Position numbers and translations under genes: made by a program
Notes under the pieces: generated by a model
The model's database searches: none
Told to the model about the DNA's origin: nothing
Seen by the model: the letters and a program-made list of their open reading frames with translations, nothing else
Shown: in pieces, positions 18,470 to 28,219 of the stretch
Layout: every line of letters starts with the position of its first letter
Position numbering within the stretch: the stretch's first letter is position 1
Source of the DNA: an uncultured Thermodesulfobacteriota bacterium
GTDB lineage: Bacteria; Desulfobacterota; B13-G15
Reading direction: 5' to 3'
DNA length: 64,000 nt
Assembly: GCA_964611295.1 (NCBI GenBank)
Contig: CAZSWV010000003.1
Span: 6,449-70,448, forward strand

Positions 18470-20579
18470 CCTCTGCCTTGGAGATGCGACATAACAAAGC
18501 CCTGAAGGTAGTAGACCCTATACATGGGTCATAAGGGGGGTCATTGCTAGTAAGTACATTGGCGTTGCTTATGAAAAGGCTCTGGACAGATGGGTCCTCT
18601 GGATAGTACCAGGAACTCTGAACCACAACGATCCTCGGATCCATTCCTGAGAAGAGCTTGGCCTTTTGCTTTATCCTACCCCTTGGGGTCTCAATCCACA
18701 CCCAATCGCCCTCTTTTATGCCGTACTTGGAAGCTGTTTCGGGGTGGATCTGAACGACGGGATAAGGTTGGAGCTCCCTAAGCCATGGGTTTTCCCTGTA
18801 CTGCGAATGGAAGTAATACGGGACACGCCCACCTGTAGTTAAGATCAAGGGGTAGACTCCGCTCAGGGAGCCATCAAGGGGGCTTTCGTTGGGTTCCTTA
18901 TAATGGGGCAATGGATCATAGCCTAACTTTTCCAAAGTCGTAGAATAAAGCTCCACCTTCCCTGTTGGCGTGGGGAATCCTCCTCCTTTGCGCCAATATC
19001 CCCTTTCGTGCTTGTTGTAATGTACCTCCCCTGTTGTGGCCAATACGCCTACTTCTTTGAACTCCTCCCATCTGATTCCGGCTTTCCTCAGTTGGTAATC
19101 AAGCATTTCCTCTACGTCCTCAAAGGGCCAATAGATGGGGGCAAGCCGCTTACCCAATTCGAGGAATATCCTGTTGTCTGGCCAGGCCTCACCCGGAGGT
19201 TCTACAGCCTTGACTATTGCTGAAACGAAGAACCTAGGATGCATGTCGTATATGTCGTCGGTCTCAAGCCAGTGGGCAGCCGGTAAGACCAAGTCTGCAA
19301 AACGCGCCGAAGGCCCCATGTAAAGGTCCACAACCGAGATGAACTCCACCTCTGAAAGGGCCTGGAATACCTCCTTGGCGTTTGCGTAAGCCAGTACTGG
19401 ATTGGTCCCCACAAGGTGCATCACTTTTACCTTCTTTTCGCCATAGAGGAGGTCTTTACAGACTGAGTCCCAATGACACATGGCAAAGGGGGGCATCGCC
19501 AGGAGTTTATGTTCGTTGGCCCCTATGGGCAGCTCCTCCGGCGCAGGCACCTCCAGGGCGAAGTCTTCCATAGGACCTGCCGGTGAAGGCACCCACTGGA
19601 CCATACTGCCGGGCCTCTCGATGTTGCCCGTTATGGCCAAGATGCAAATTATGGCCCTTAGGGTCTGGATGGAATTATTGCTCGCCTCAAGGGCTTGACC
19701 TATTTGGATGCAGGCGGGACCCTCACATGCTATAGCCCTCGCCATGGCCTTGATCTTCTCTTCCGGCACCCAGGTGATGTGGCTGACCCACTTTAGGTCA
19801 TATTGCCTGACCCTTTCCGCCAAGGCCTCAAAACCATAAGTCCATTTTTCCACAAACTCCCTGTCGTAGAGCTTTTCTTCTATTATGACCCTCAGGACCC
19901 CCAGGGCCAAGGCTGCATCTGTACCTGGCCTTATGGGGACCCAAAGGGTCGCTCTATGAGCCAAAGCAGTAGCCCTTGGGTCGACAAGGATGAAGTTTTG
20001 GGCCTTCTCCAAGGCCCTCAGGAACCAAACGCCCATTTCGCCATCGGCATTGCTGTATTCTAGTTGTTTTCCCCAATGGACGATGGTCTTTGGATGAACC
20101 CCACCCCATCCATGGTAGTCACAGAAAAGCCTCCCTCCCACTGTTAGGCCAAAGGCGGCCATCCTCGGTGCAAAACAGAAATGGGCAGGGAAAAGTACAT
20201 TGGGCGTACCGATGGACCGGGCAAAACGTAAGGTATAACGGTTATACCCCCTGCCTGTACCCTGGCCCACAAGGACAGAACTGGGACCGTAACGCCTTTG
20301 AGCTTCCCTTATCTTGTCCGCAATAAGGTCAAGGGCTTCTTGCCAAGGGATTTCAACCCACTTGCCACTTCCCCTTTCACCGACCCTTTTTAAGGGTTTG
20401 GTCAACCTATTGGGGTTTACGGTCTCAAGGATGCTAGCGATGCCTTTGGGACACATGGTCCCAAAGGTTAGAGAGTCCTTCTCCCCCTCTATATGAGAGG
20501 CCTTCCCGTTTACCACGGTCACAAGGACCCTACACCCTCCGTGACAGCCTTTACACGTGGTCCTGACCTTCTTGACCAT
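18453..20579 (-). CDS. cytoplasmic molybdopterin (Mo/W-bis-PGD) oxidoreductase catalytic subunit, acetylene-hydratase / transhydroxylase-like clade; no Tat signal
   Basis: 708 aa. N-terminal CKGCHGGC...C FS0 motif directly after Met, with no RRxFLK leader. The protein recalls acetylene-hydratase-type DMSOR-family members. Confidence 0.75.
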   Translation of the reverse strand: MVKKVRTTCKGCHGGCRVLVTVVNGKASHIEGEKDSLTFGTMCPKGIASILETVNPNRLTKPLKRVGERGSGKWVEIPWQEALDLIADKIREAQRRYGPSSVLVGQGTGRGYNRYTLRFARSIGTPNVLFPAHFCFAPRMAAFGLTVGGRLFCDYHGWGGVHPKTIVHWGKQLEYSNADGEMGVWFLRALEKAQNFILVDPRATALAHRATLWVPIRPGTDAALALGVLRVIIEEKLYDREFVEKWTYGFEALAERVRQYDLKWVSHITWVPEEKIKAMARAIACEGPACIQIGQALEASNNSIQTLRAIICILAITGNIERPGSMVQWVPSPAGPMEDFALEVPAPEELPIGANEHKLLAMPPFAMCHWDSVCKDLLYGEKKVKVMHLVGTNPVLAYANAKEVFQALSEVEFISVVDLYMGPSARFADLVLPAAHWLETDDIYDMHPRFFVSAIVKAVEPPGEAWPDNRIFLELGKRLAPIYWPFEDVEEMLDYQLRKAGIRWEEFKEVGVLATTGEVHYNKHERGYWRKGGGFPTPTGKVELYSTTLEKLGYDPLPHYKEPNESPLDGSLSGVYPLILTTGGRVPYYFHSQYRENPWLRELQPYPVVQIHPETASKYGIKEGDWVWIETPRGRIKQKAKLFSGMDPRIVVVQSSWYYPEDPSVQSLFISNANVLTSNDPPYDPCIGSTTFRALLCRISKAEVEDEA

Positions 20580-20776
20580 TTCCCCTTTAACGGAAAAGTT
20601 AACAACCTTTATGCCATTGATACTATGAAAAGGCCACCTTGGAAAGGACCTTTCACAGTTCGTAGCATTTTGCGAAAGGGGCTTGGAAATTTACGAGAAC
20701 TCTGAAGGACCTTAAAGGCCCTAGGTCATCCTCCCGATGCCGAATTAAAGGCATAGCGCTTGCTAAGGGAAATCCC

Positions 20777-21745
20777 GTGGTGGATCCCTCAAAGCTGAAA
20801 ATAGGGGTTGTAGGGGCTGGGCAGATGGGCCATGGGATAGCACAGGTCTTTGCCTGTGCTGGCTCAGGGGTGGTGATGGTGGACGTGGACATGGAGAGGT
20901 TGAAGAAGGCCCTTCGGCTTATAGAGGAAAACCTCGCCTTTTTGGCCGAAAAAGGGCTCTTCAGGGGAAGGCGCGAAGAGGTCCTCAGGAGGATTGAACC
21001 CTCCACGGCCCTTGATCCCCTGAAGGAGGCTGACTTAGTGGTTGAATCCGTCTATGAGGACCTCAAGTTAAAACAGGATCTCTTCTTCGAACTTGACCGT
21101 TTGTGTAGGCCTCAGACCGCCTTGGCCTCCAACACTTCGGTCATTAGCATCACTGAGATAGCTCAAAGGTGCCGAAGGAAGGAGAGGGTCCTTGGGACCC
21201 ACTTTTGGAATCCTCCCTTCCTTGTACCCCTTGTGGAGGTTGTAAAGACAGAGCACACTTCGGAGGAGGTCTTCGACTTCGCTTACGAGGTGCTTTTGGC
21301 CGTAGGCAAAAGGCCCATAAAGTGCTTAAGGGATGTACCTGGATTCATAGCCAATAGGCTCCAGCATGCCCTTTGGCGCGAGGCAGTCTCTTTGGTGGAA
21401 AAGGGTATAGCCGATCCCGAGACGGTGGACGAGGCCATAAAGTTGAGCTTTGGCTTGAGGCTCCCCGTCCTGGGTCCTTTGGAGAACGCTGATATGGTTG
21501 GGCTGGACCTGGTATTGTCCATACACGATTACATCTTCAAGTATCTCGATGCTTCAAAGGAAGCCTCACCCCTTTTAAGGGAGAAGGTGGAAAAAGGCGA
21601 GCTAGGCTTTAAGTCCCAGAAGGGCTTCTACACATGGACCGAGCAAAAGGCAAAGCAGAAGAGGGAAGAACTCTTAGAACACTTGGTGAGATGGCATCTT
21701 TCGCAAAAAGGCCAAGGAGGTGAAGATGGAAAAGCTCATAATTAG
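20777..21745 (+). CDS. hbd: 3-hydroxyacyl-CoA dehydrogenase (3-hydroxybutyryl-CoA dehydrogenase-like)
   Basis: KIGVVGAGQMGHGIAQVFA NAD fold. NTS motif (ASNTSVISITEIA) and HFWNPP region typical of the 3HCDH family. Confidence 0.8.
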   Translation: MVDPSKLKIGVVGAGQMGHGIAQVFACAGSGVVMVDVDMERLKKALRLIEENLAFLAEKGLFRGRREEVLRRIEPSTALDPLKEADLVVESVYEDLKLKQDLFFELDRLCRPQTALASNTSVISITEIAQRCRRKERVLGTHFWNPPFLVPLVEVVKTEHTSEEVFDFAYEVLLAVGKRPIKCLRDVPGFIANRLQHALWREAVSLVEKGIADPETVDEAIKLSFGLRLPVLGPLENADMVGLDLVLSIHDYIFKYLDASKEASPLLREKVEKGELGFKSQKGFYTWTEQKAKQKREELLEHLVRWHLSQKGQGGEDGKAHN

Positions 21746-22661
21746 CGCCGCTTTAACAGGGAACATCACCCTACCGACTCAGACCCCTTATTTACCAATA
21801 ACCCCAGAAGAGATAGCCGAAGAAGCCAGAAGAGCGGCAGAGGCAGGGGCGGCCATAGTCCACATACATGCACGGGATCCCAAAACGGGAAGGCCTACTA
21901 CAGACCCTGAAGTCTACAGGGAAATTGCGGTAAAGATCAAGGAAAGGACCGACGCCATAATATGCATAACCACTGGTGGTACCATGTACATGACCCCGGA
22001 GGAGAGGTTAAGGGTTGTCCCACTCCTGAAGCCTGAGCTCGCTACCTTTAACATGGGTTCCATCAACTTCTCCATCCATCCCATAGCCGATAGGTTCAAA
22101 GACGAGGAATGGAAGTACCCCTGGGAGAAGGAGTTTGCCGAAAGTACAAAGGACTTCATCTTCAGGAACACCTTCGGCGACATGGAAAAGTACTGTAAGA
22201 CCATGTACGAAAACGGCACTGTACCTGAGTGTGAGGTCTACGATGTAGGACACCTCTACAACATGAACTTCCTAATAAGGAAGGGGTTGTTGAGGAAACC
22301 CATATGGATGCAGTTCGTGACTGGCGTCCTGGGGGGTATAGGTGCTGATCCTGAAAACGTCATCTTTTTAAAACAAAGGGCTGACAAGCTCATCGGCCCT
22401 GATAACTATCGCTGGTCTGTCATAGGGGTTGGGTACCCTGCAGAATTCCACCTCGCTGCCCTTGCTATAGTGATGGGGGGACATGTGAGGGTAGGTTTTG
22501 AGGACAACATCTACATAAGCAGCGGGGTACTGGCTAAGAGCAACGCCGAATTGGTGGAGAAGGTGGTAAGGCTTGCAAGGGAGTTGGGTAGGGATATCGC
22601 CTCGCCTGAGGAAGTGCGTAAGACCTTGGGCTTGAAAGGTAAGGACAAGGTGAACTTTTAG
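21720..22661 (+). CDS. BKACE family enzyme (3-keto-5-aminohexanoate cleavage enzyme-like, DUF849)
   Basis: 313 aa TIM-barrel. IISAALTGN, IVHIHARD and ICITTGG match beta-keto acid cleavage enzymes. Confidence 0.75.
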   Translation: MKMEKLIISAALTGNITLPTQTPYLPITPEEIAEEARRAAEAGAAIVHIHARDPKTGRPTTDPEVYREIAVKIKERTDAIICITTGGTMYMTPEERLRVVPLLKPELATFNMGSINFSIHPIADRFKDEEWKYPWEKEFAESTKDFIFRNTFGDMEKYCKTMYENGTVPECEVYDVGHLYNMNFLIRKGLLRKPIWMQFVTGVLGGIGADPENVIFLKQRADKLIGPDNYRWSVIGVGYPAEFHLAALAIVMGGHVRVGFEDNIYISSGVLAKSNAELVEKVVRLARELGRDIASPEEVRKTLGLKGKDKVNF

Positions 22662-22679
22662 CCAAGAGGAGGTAAGAGG

Positions 22680-23444
22680 ATGGGCGGGCTTTTTGACTTG
22701 ACAGGGGAAGTGGCCATAGTGGTCGGAGGTTCTGGTGGCCTCGGGCAGGCTCAAGCGCTAGGACTTGCGGAAGCCGGGGCCCATGTGGTGGTAGCCGCTC
22801 GAAGGATGGAAAAACTCGAACCCGTAGTCGAGCAGATCAAGGCCATGGGCCGTAAGGGATTGGCCGTGAGCGTAGACGTGGTGGACGAAAGGTCTGTAGA
22901 GGCCATGGTGGAAAAGGTCCTTAAGGAATTCGGGAAAATCGACATCTTGGTGAATTCCCACGGGATTGCCATACGTAAACCTGCGGAGTCTTTCCCTATC
23001 GATGAATGGCGTCAGGTCATAGAGGTAAACGTAGTGGGGCTTTTCATATGTTGCCAAAAGGTGGGGCGTGTCATGATAGACCAGAGGAAGGGAAAGATAA
23101 TCAATATGTCCTCGGTAAGGGGGAGGTACGGGCTTCCTGCCAACTATACCGCTTATTGTGCAAGTAAGGGAGCAGTGGACACCCTGACAAGGACCCTGGC
23201 TTGCGAGTGGGCAAAGTACAACGTCCTTGTCAACGCCATAGCGCCCACCATCGTGGAAACAGAGCTGACACGCCCTGCACTTTCGGATCCAAACTTCGCC
23301 CAAACTATGAAGGCGCGCATACCCCTTGGAAGATGGGCTATGCCGGATGACATAGTCGGCCTGACGGTCTTTTTGGCCTCAAGGGCCTCGGATTTCATCA
23401 CCGGACAGGTCATCTATGTAGACGGTGGGGTCACTACCTGGTGA
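22680..23444 (+). CDS. SDR family oxidoreductase
   Basis: VVGGSGGLGQA, NSHG (NNAG-like) and YCASKGAV (YxxxK). Confidence 0.8.
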   Translation: MGGLFDLTGEVAIVVGGSGGLGQAQALGLAEAGAHVVVAARRMEKLEPVVEQIKAMGRKGLAVSVDVVDERSVEAMVEKVLKEFGKIDILVNSHGIAIRKPAESFPIDEWRQVIEVNVVGLFICCQKVGRVMIDQRKGKIINMSSVRGRYGLPANYTAYCASKGAVDTLTRTLACEWAKYNVLVNAIAPTIVETELTRPALSDPNFAQTMKARIPLGRWAMPDDIVGLTVFLASRASDFITGQVIYVDGGVTTW

Positions 23445-23466
23445 AAAAAACTTAGGAGGTGAGCAG

Positions 23467-24273
23467 ATGGGCAGGGAAGTCCTTGTAGACTTAAGCCACC
23501 CCTTTGGGGCTGGATGTCCCCTTTGGCCCTATTTTGAAGACGTGAAGATAGAGAGGATGCACTATTTCGCTAAATCAGGGGTCCTCTCCCAGAAGATAAC
23601 CACAGTCATGCACTGTACCACCCATATGGACGCCCCAGCACATGTATTTGAGGGTGGGAGGTATATCCACGAAATACCCCTCGATTCTTGCTACGGGGAC
23701 GCAGTGGTTTGGGACATACCAAAGGGAAAATGGGAGCTCATAACAGCCAAGGACTTGGAGGAAGCCAACCGTAAATTGCCCATCAAGCCAGGCGATATCG
23801 TGATCATACATACGGGATGGCACCATTATTGGGGCGACACGACCATGTATTTCTGTTACTCCCCTGGACTCGGCCGGGAGGCAGGAGAATGGTTCGTGGA
23901 TCATAAGGTGAAGGCCGTCGGGATAGACAACCAAGCCCTTGACCACCCCTTACACACCGCCATAGGTCCCCATGGGCCTGGCCCTTTACGTCCCGACATA
24001 TGTGAGGAATACAAACGGCTGACAGGAAGGGACGTCTTGGAGGATTTCCCTGAATGGGAACCTTGCCATAACATCATCCTGCGTGCAGGAATCGTAGGTT
24101 GGGAAAACGTAGGAGGCGACATAGACAAGGTGGTCGGTAAGAGATGTAAGATCATAGGTTTCCCCATAAGGTGGTACAGGGGAGATGGCTCCATTGTCAG
24201 GCTTGTAGCCATCATAGACGAGGAAGAACTCAACGACGCACCTGATTTCACCTATAAGTACGGGACCCTCTAA
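23467..24273 (+). CDS. cyclase family protein (kynurenine formamidase-like metal hydrolase)
   Basis: Start moved to ATG 23467 behind the AGGAGG RBS. Motifs HCTTHMDAPAH and IHTGWHHYW are typical of the cyclase/ArfB-like family. Confidence 0.6.
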   Translation: MGREVLVDLSHPFGAGCPLWPYFEDVKIERMHYFAKSGVLSQKITTVMHCTTHMDAPAHVFEGGRYIHEIPLDSCYGDAVVWDIPKGKWELITAKDLEEANRKLPIKPGDIVIIHTGWHHYWGDTTMYFCYSPGLGREAGEWFVDHKVKAVGIDNQALDHPLHTAIGPHGPGPLRPDICEEYKRLTGRDVLEDFPEWEPCHNIILRAGIVGWENVGGDIDKVVGKRCKIIGFPIRWYRGDGSIVRLVAIIDEEELNDAPDFTYKYGTL

Positions 24274-24277
24274 GCCC

Positions 24278-26131
24278 TCATGGGGATAAAGAGGTCCTCC
24301 TGAAGGAACGTTCGGGTGGCCTCTTTATCCCCAATTTCTTCATCCTGGCCCGTAGGGTAGATTCCTTCAGCCCTAAGATCTCGGCAGCTCCTCCCTTGCC
24401 GCTTACGCGCCAATTGGTGCTCTCCAAAACCTTCAAGATATGTGCCCTTTCCACCTCCTCTAGGCTTTGAGAAAGGGGCTCTGGAGGCAAAGGCGGCTTT
24501 TGCGGTTCAAGGTCCTCGATCACAAGGTAAGGGCCATCGGAGATGATCATAGCCCTTTCGATGACGTTTCGGAGTTCCCTTACGTTCCCAGGCCAGTGAT
24601 ACTCCATGAGCTTCTTTAGGGTCTGCTCAGGAACGCGAACGTCCCTTTTGCCCATACCTTGGCCTATCCTTTTGACGAAGTACTCCACAAGCAGGGGGAT
24701 ATCCTCCCTTCTGTCCCTCAAAGGGGGTATGTAGATGGGAAAGACGCTCAGGCGGTAATAGAGGTCTTGACGGAACCGCTTCTCCCTTACCAATTGCAAA
24801 AGGTCTTGGTTTGTAGCAGCTATGACCCTGACGTCTACTGTAACCGTTTTTGAACTCCCTACCCTTTCAAATTGCTTGTACTCCAATACCCGTAAGAGCT
24901 TCGCTTGAAGCTCCAAGGGGAGTTCGGATACCTCGTCCAAAAAGAGGGTAGAACCGTCAGCGGCCTCGAATCGACCGACCCTCGACCTCACAGCCCCTGT
25001 ATATGCCCCTTTTTCCACGCCGAAAAGCTCTGCCTCTATTAGGGTCGGAGGCAAGGCCGCACAGTTCACCGTGACCATAGGTCTGTCCCTTCTCGGGCTC
25101 ATGTTGTGTATGAGACGTGCAAGGAGCTCTTTCCCTGTACCAGTTTCGCCAATTATCAGGACACAGGTGTCTTCTTTGGCCACTTTCTCAGCCAGTTGTA
25201 AAACCCGCCTTATCGCCTCGCTTTGGCCGATGAACTCAAGCCTTCCAAAACGCGCTTCGATCTCCTGCCTCAGGTATATGTTTTCGTTCTCCAAACGTTC
25301 CTTTAAGGCCTTTATCTCTGCATAGGCCTGACGCAATTTCTCCTCAGCCTCTTTCCTAGCCGTTATGTCCCTAGTTATGGACAACAAGAGGCTCTGCCCC
25401 TCAAAATCAACCCTTCCCAGGGTCACCTCTACAGGGAAGGTGGAACCATCCTTCCTCCTATGGACCCCTTCAAAGGTGATGTATTCGCCTGGCCTCAACT
25501 TATGCCAAAAGCGGTCTTTATGCCTTTTGGACCTTACCTCTATGTCGATATCGCTTATGTTCATGCGCAGGAGTTCTTCCCTACTGTAACCTAAGGTCTC
25601 ACAAGCCCTGCGGTTTACCTCAAGGATTTGTCCTTCGTAGTCATGCACAAAGAAGGCATCCCCTGCTTGTTCTATCAACATCCGAAGCTGTAACTCGTTT
25701 TTTTGAAGCTTCAAGTTCGCATCTTTTTTGTCGGTTATGTCGGCTATGAACCCCTCTATAAAGGGGTTTTCATCTGAAACCCTTCGGGCATGTAAACAGA
25801 TCCAAAGGGGATCGCCACTGACCCTTTTGGAGCGCAACTCTTTGGAAAGGACCTCCCCGCGATCCTTGAGTTCCTCAAGAAGCGAAAGGAATCCCCCTTC
25901 AGATAACAATTGGGACATATGGGTTACTTCTGAGAGCATGGCTTGGCGGTCTTTGTAGCCGAAGATACGGGCCATCGTGTTGTTCACGTACCTTATAGAA
26001 CCGTCTTCAGTGGAAAGGAAAATTCCTATAGGAGCTTCGTTTATCAGGTCATCCCAAAGGGAGAGAAAGCGAGCGCTGAGGACCTTTTGCATTACAACAC
26101 TATTATATGTTTGCCCTTTCCCCAAGGGCAA
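24278..26131 (-). CDS. sigma-54-dependent transcriptional regulator with two N-terminal PAS domains and C-terminal Fis-type HTH
   Basis: [18 protein letters not shown] Walker A, GAFTGA-like GAYTGA loop, [16 protein letters not shown], and PAS blocks. No receiver domain. Confidence 0.85.
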   Translation of the reverse strand: MPLGKGQTYNSVVMQKVLSARFLSLWDDLINEAPIGIFLSTEDGSIRYVNNTMARIFGYKDRQAMLSEVTHMSQLLSEGGFLSLLEELKDRGEVLSKELRSKRVSGDPLWICLHARRVSDENPFIEGFIADITDKKDANLKLQKNELQLRMLIEQAGDAFFVHDYEGQILEVNRRACETLGYSREELLRMNISDIDIEVRSKRHKDRFWHKLRPGEYITFEGVHRRKDGSTFPVEVTLGRVDFEGQSLLLSITRDITARKEAEEKLRQAYAEIKALKERLENENIYLRQEIEARFGRLEFIGQSEAIRRVLQLAEKVAKEDTCVLIIGETGTGKELLARLIHNMSPRRDRPMVTVNCAALPPTLIEAELFGVEKGAYTGAVRSRVGRFEAADGSTLFLDEVSELPLELQAKLLRVLEYKQFERVGSSKTVTVDVRVIAATNQDLLQLVREKRFRQDLYYRLSVFPIYIPPLRDRREDIPLLVEYFVKRIGQGMGKRDVRVPEQTLKKLMEYHWPGNVRELRNVIERAMIISDGPYLVIEDLEPQKPPLPPEPLSQSLEEVERAHILKVLESTNWRVSGKGGAAEILGLKESTLRARMKKLGIKRPPERSFRRTSLSP

Positions 26132-26191
26132 GGCAGCCCGGAGGGCCTGGCTTTACTAGGCCTCTGGGGCAGTTATAAAATTTCCCTCGAC

Positions 26192-28219
26192 ATGGCTGGA
26201 GAAAAGCGTCTCAAAAAGACCCGAAACATAGGGTTCATGGCGCATATTGACGCTGGTAAGACCACTGTTACCGAGCGGGTCCTCTACTATACAGGCAAAA
26301 TCCACCGCATGGGGGAAGTGGACGAAGGGACAGCTACTATGGATTGGATGCCCCAGGAGCAGGAGAGGGGCATTACCATTACTTCAGCTGTAACAACCTG
26401 TTATTGGCGCGACCACATAATACAAATCATCGACACCCCTGGTCATGTGGACTTCACCATCGAAGTGGAACGCGCCTTGAGGGTCTTGGACGGGGCCATC
26501 GTTATATTTTCCGCTGTGGAAGGGGTCGAACCCCAATCTGAGACCGTATGGCACCAAGCATCGCGTTACCGTGTACCTAGGATTGCCTTTGTAAACAAGA
26601 TGGACCGTGTAGGGGCCGATTTCTTTGAGACCGTGAACCAGATGAGGGAAAAGTTGGGGGCTAATCCTTTGATCGTACAGATCCCTTGGGGGACAGAGGC
26701 CGAATTTGTGGGCGTCATCGACCTCATAAAGATGAAAGGGATCTTTTGGGAGGACGAATTAGGGGAAAGACCTGTGGAAACCGAAATACCCCAAGAACTC
26801 ATGCCCTTAGCTGAACGCTTCAGAGAAAAGATGCTCGAACAGGTGGCCGAGACCGATGAACTGTTGCTGGAAAAATACCTTGACGGACAGCCTATAACCG
26901 AAAGGGAGTTAAAGGAAGCCATAAGGAAGGCCACCATTGCCCTCAAATTACAGCCTACTTTATGTGGGTCGGCCCTTAAGAACAAGGGCATCCAGCCCCT
27001 GCTTGACGCCATAGTGGACTATTTGCCTTCACCTTTGGACATACCACCTATCAAAGGCTTAAACCCAAGGACCCAAAAAGAGGAGGAAAGGCCAAGCGAT
27101 GAGGCAGCGCCCTTGTGTGCCCTGGCCTTCAAGGTGATGATGGACCAAGGGAGAAAGCTTACCTATCTGCGGGTTTATTCCGGTGTAATGCACGAAGGCC
27201 AGGAAGTCTACAACGCCACTTTGGGCAAAAAGGAACGCATTGCCCGTATCTTTGAAATGCATGCCAATTACAAAAAGAGACTTGAGGTGGCCAGGGCTGG
27301 GGAAATCGTAGCCGTAGCTGGTCTAAAGGACACCCTTACAGGGCACACGCTCTGTGACGAATCCCATCCCATCTTACTTGAACCCATACAGGGCTATGAA
27401 CCCGTCATTTCAGTGGCTGTCGAACCGAAAACAAGCCAAGACCAGGATAAGTTGTCCATGGCCTTGGAGAAGATCATGGAGGAAGACCCTACCTTCAAGG
27501 TCAAGTATGACGAGGAAACCGGTCAGACCGTAATATCTGGGATGGGCGAACTACACCTGGACGTCATAATCAGGAGACTCAAGGACGAGTATGGCCTTGA
27601 GGTCAACGTGGGCAAACCTCAAGTGGTCTACCGCGAGACCATATCCCAAGGGGCAGAAGTCAAGGTCCAATTCTCCCGTCTTATAGAAGGGGCCCAAAGG
27701 TTTGCAGAGGTCACATTAGAGCTGATCCCAAACGAAAGGGGCAAGGGAGTGGAATTCATCCCCTTACTACCCGAAGGATTACCTGAGGAACACCTAAAGT
27801 CCATAGAGGAAGGGGTAAGGGAGGCCACTACCATAGGGGTCCTCGGCTATCCCTTGACGGACGTGAAAGTCCTTCTGAAGGAAGTCTCTTACAGCAAGGA
27901 CGAATGGGCACCGTTGGTGCTTAAGGCGGCGCTTTCCCAAGCCATCCAAGAGGCCTCCGAGAAGGCCAAACCCATCCTTCTTGAACCCATAATGGAACTT
28001 AACGTCGTAGTCCCCCTTGAGTTCATGGGAGAGGTCATAGGGGACCTTCAAGCACGTAAGGGGCAAATAGAGGGCATAACCACTAAAGGGAAGATAGCCA
28101 TAATCCGCGCGCTTGTCCCCCTCACGCGCCTTTTCGGGTATTCGACGGATTTAAGGTCCCTCACCCAGGGAAGAGGTAGCTTTTCGGCGAGGTTTTTGCG
28201 TTATGACAAGTTCCAATAA
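26192..28219 (+). CDS. fusA: elongation factor G paralog (EF-G2-type), located outside an str operon context
   Basis: [25 protein letters not shown]...DTPGHVDF...NKMD and full five-domain length. The ORF-track start at 25943 is an upstream in-frame extension. Confidence 0.85.
   Translation: MAGEKRLKKTRNIGFMAHIDAGKTTVTERVLYYTGKIHRMGEVDEGTATMDWMPQEQERGITITSAVTTCYWRDHIIQIIDTPGHVDFTIEVERALRVLDGAIVIFSAVEGVEPQSETVWHQASRYRVPRIAFVNKMDRVGADFFETVNQMREKLGANPLIVQIPWGTEAEFVGVIDLIKMKGIFWEDELGERPVETEIPQELMPLAERFREKMLEQVAETDELLLEKYLDGQPITERELKEAIRKATIALKLQPTLCGSALKNKGIQPLLDAIVDYLPSPLDIPPIKGLNPRTQKEEERPSDEAAPLCALAFKVMMDQGRKLTYLRVYSGVMHEGQEVYNATLGKKERIARIFEMHANYKKRLEVARAGEIVAVAGLKDTLTGHTLCDESHPILLEPIQGYEPVISVAVEPKTSQDQDKLSMALEKIMEEDPTFKVKYDEETGQTVISGMGELHLDVIIRRLKDEYGLEVNVGKPQVVYRETISQGAEVKVQFSRLIEGAQRFAEVTLELIPNERGKGVEFIPLLPEGLPEEHLKSIEEGVREATTIGVLGYPLTDVKVLLKEVSYSKDEWAPLVLKAALSQAIQEASEKAKPILLEPIMELNVVVPLEFMGEVIGDLQARKGQIEGITTKGKIAIIRALVPLTRLFGYSTDLRSLTQGRGSFSARFLRYDKFQ

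Noticed and set aside
25943-26191. Upstream in-frame extension of the EF-G ORF
   Set aside because: It overlaps the 5' end of the sigma-54 regulator gene on the other strand and has no EF-G homology. EF-G homology starts at MAGEKRL (26192).
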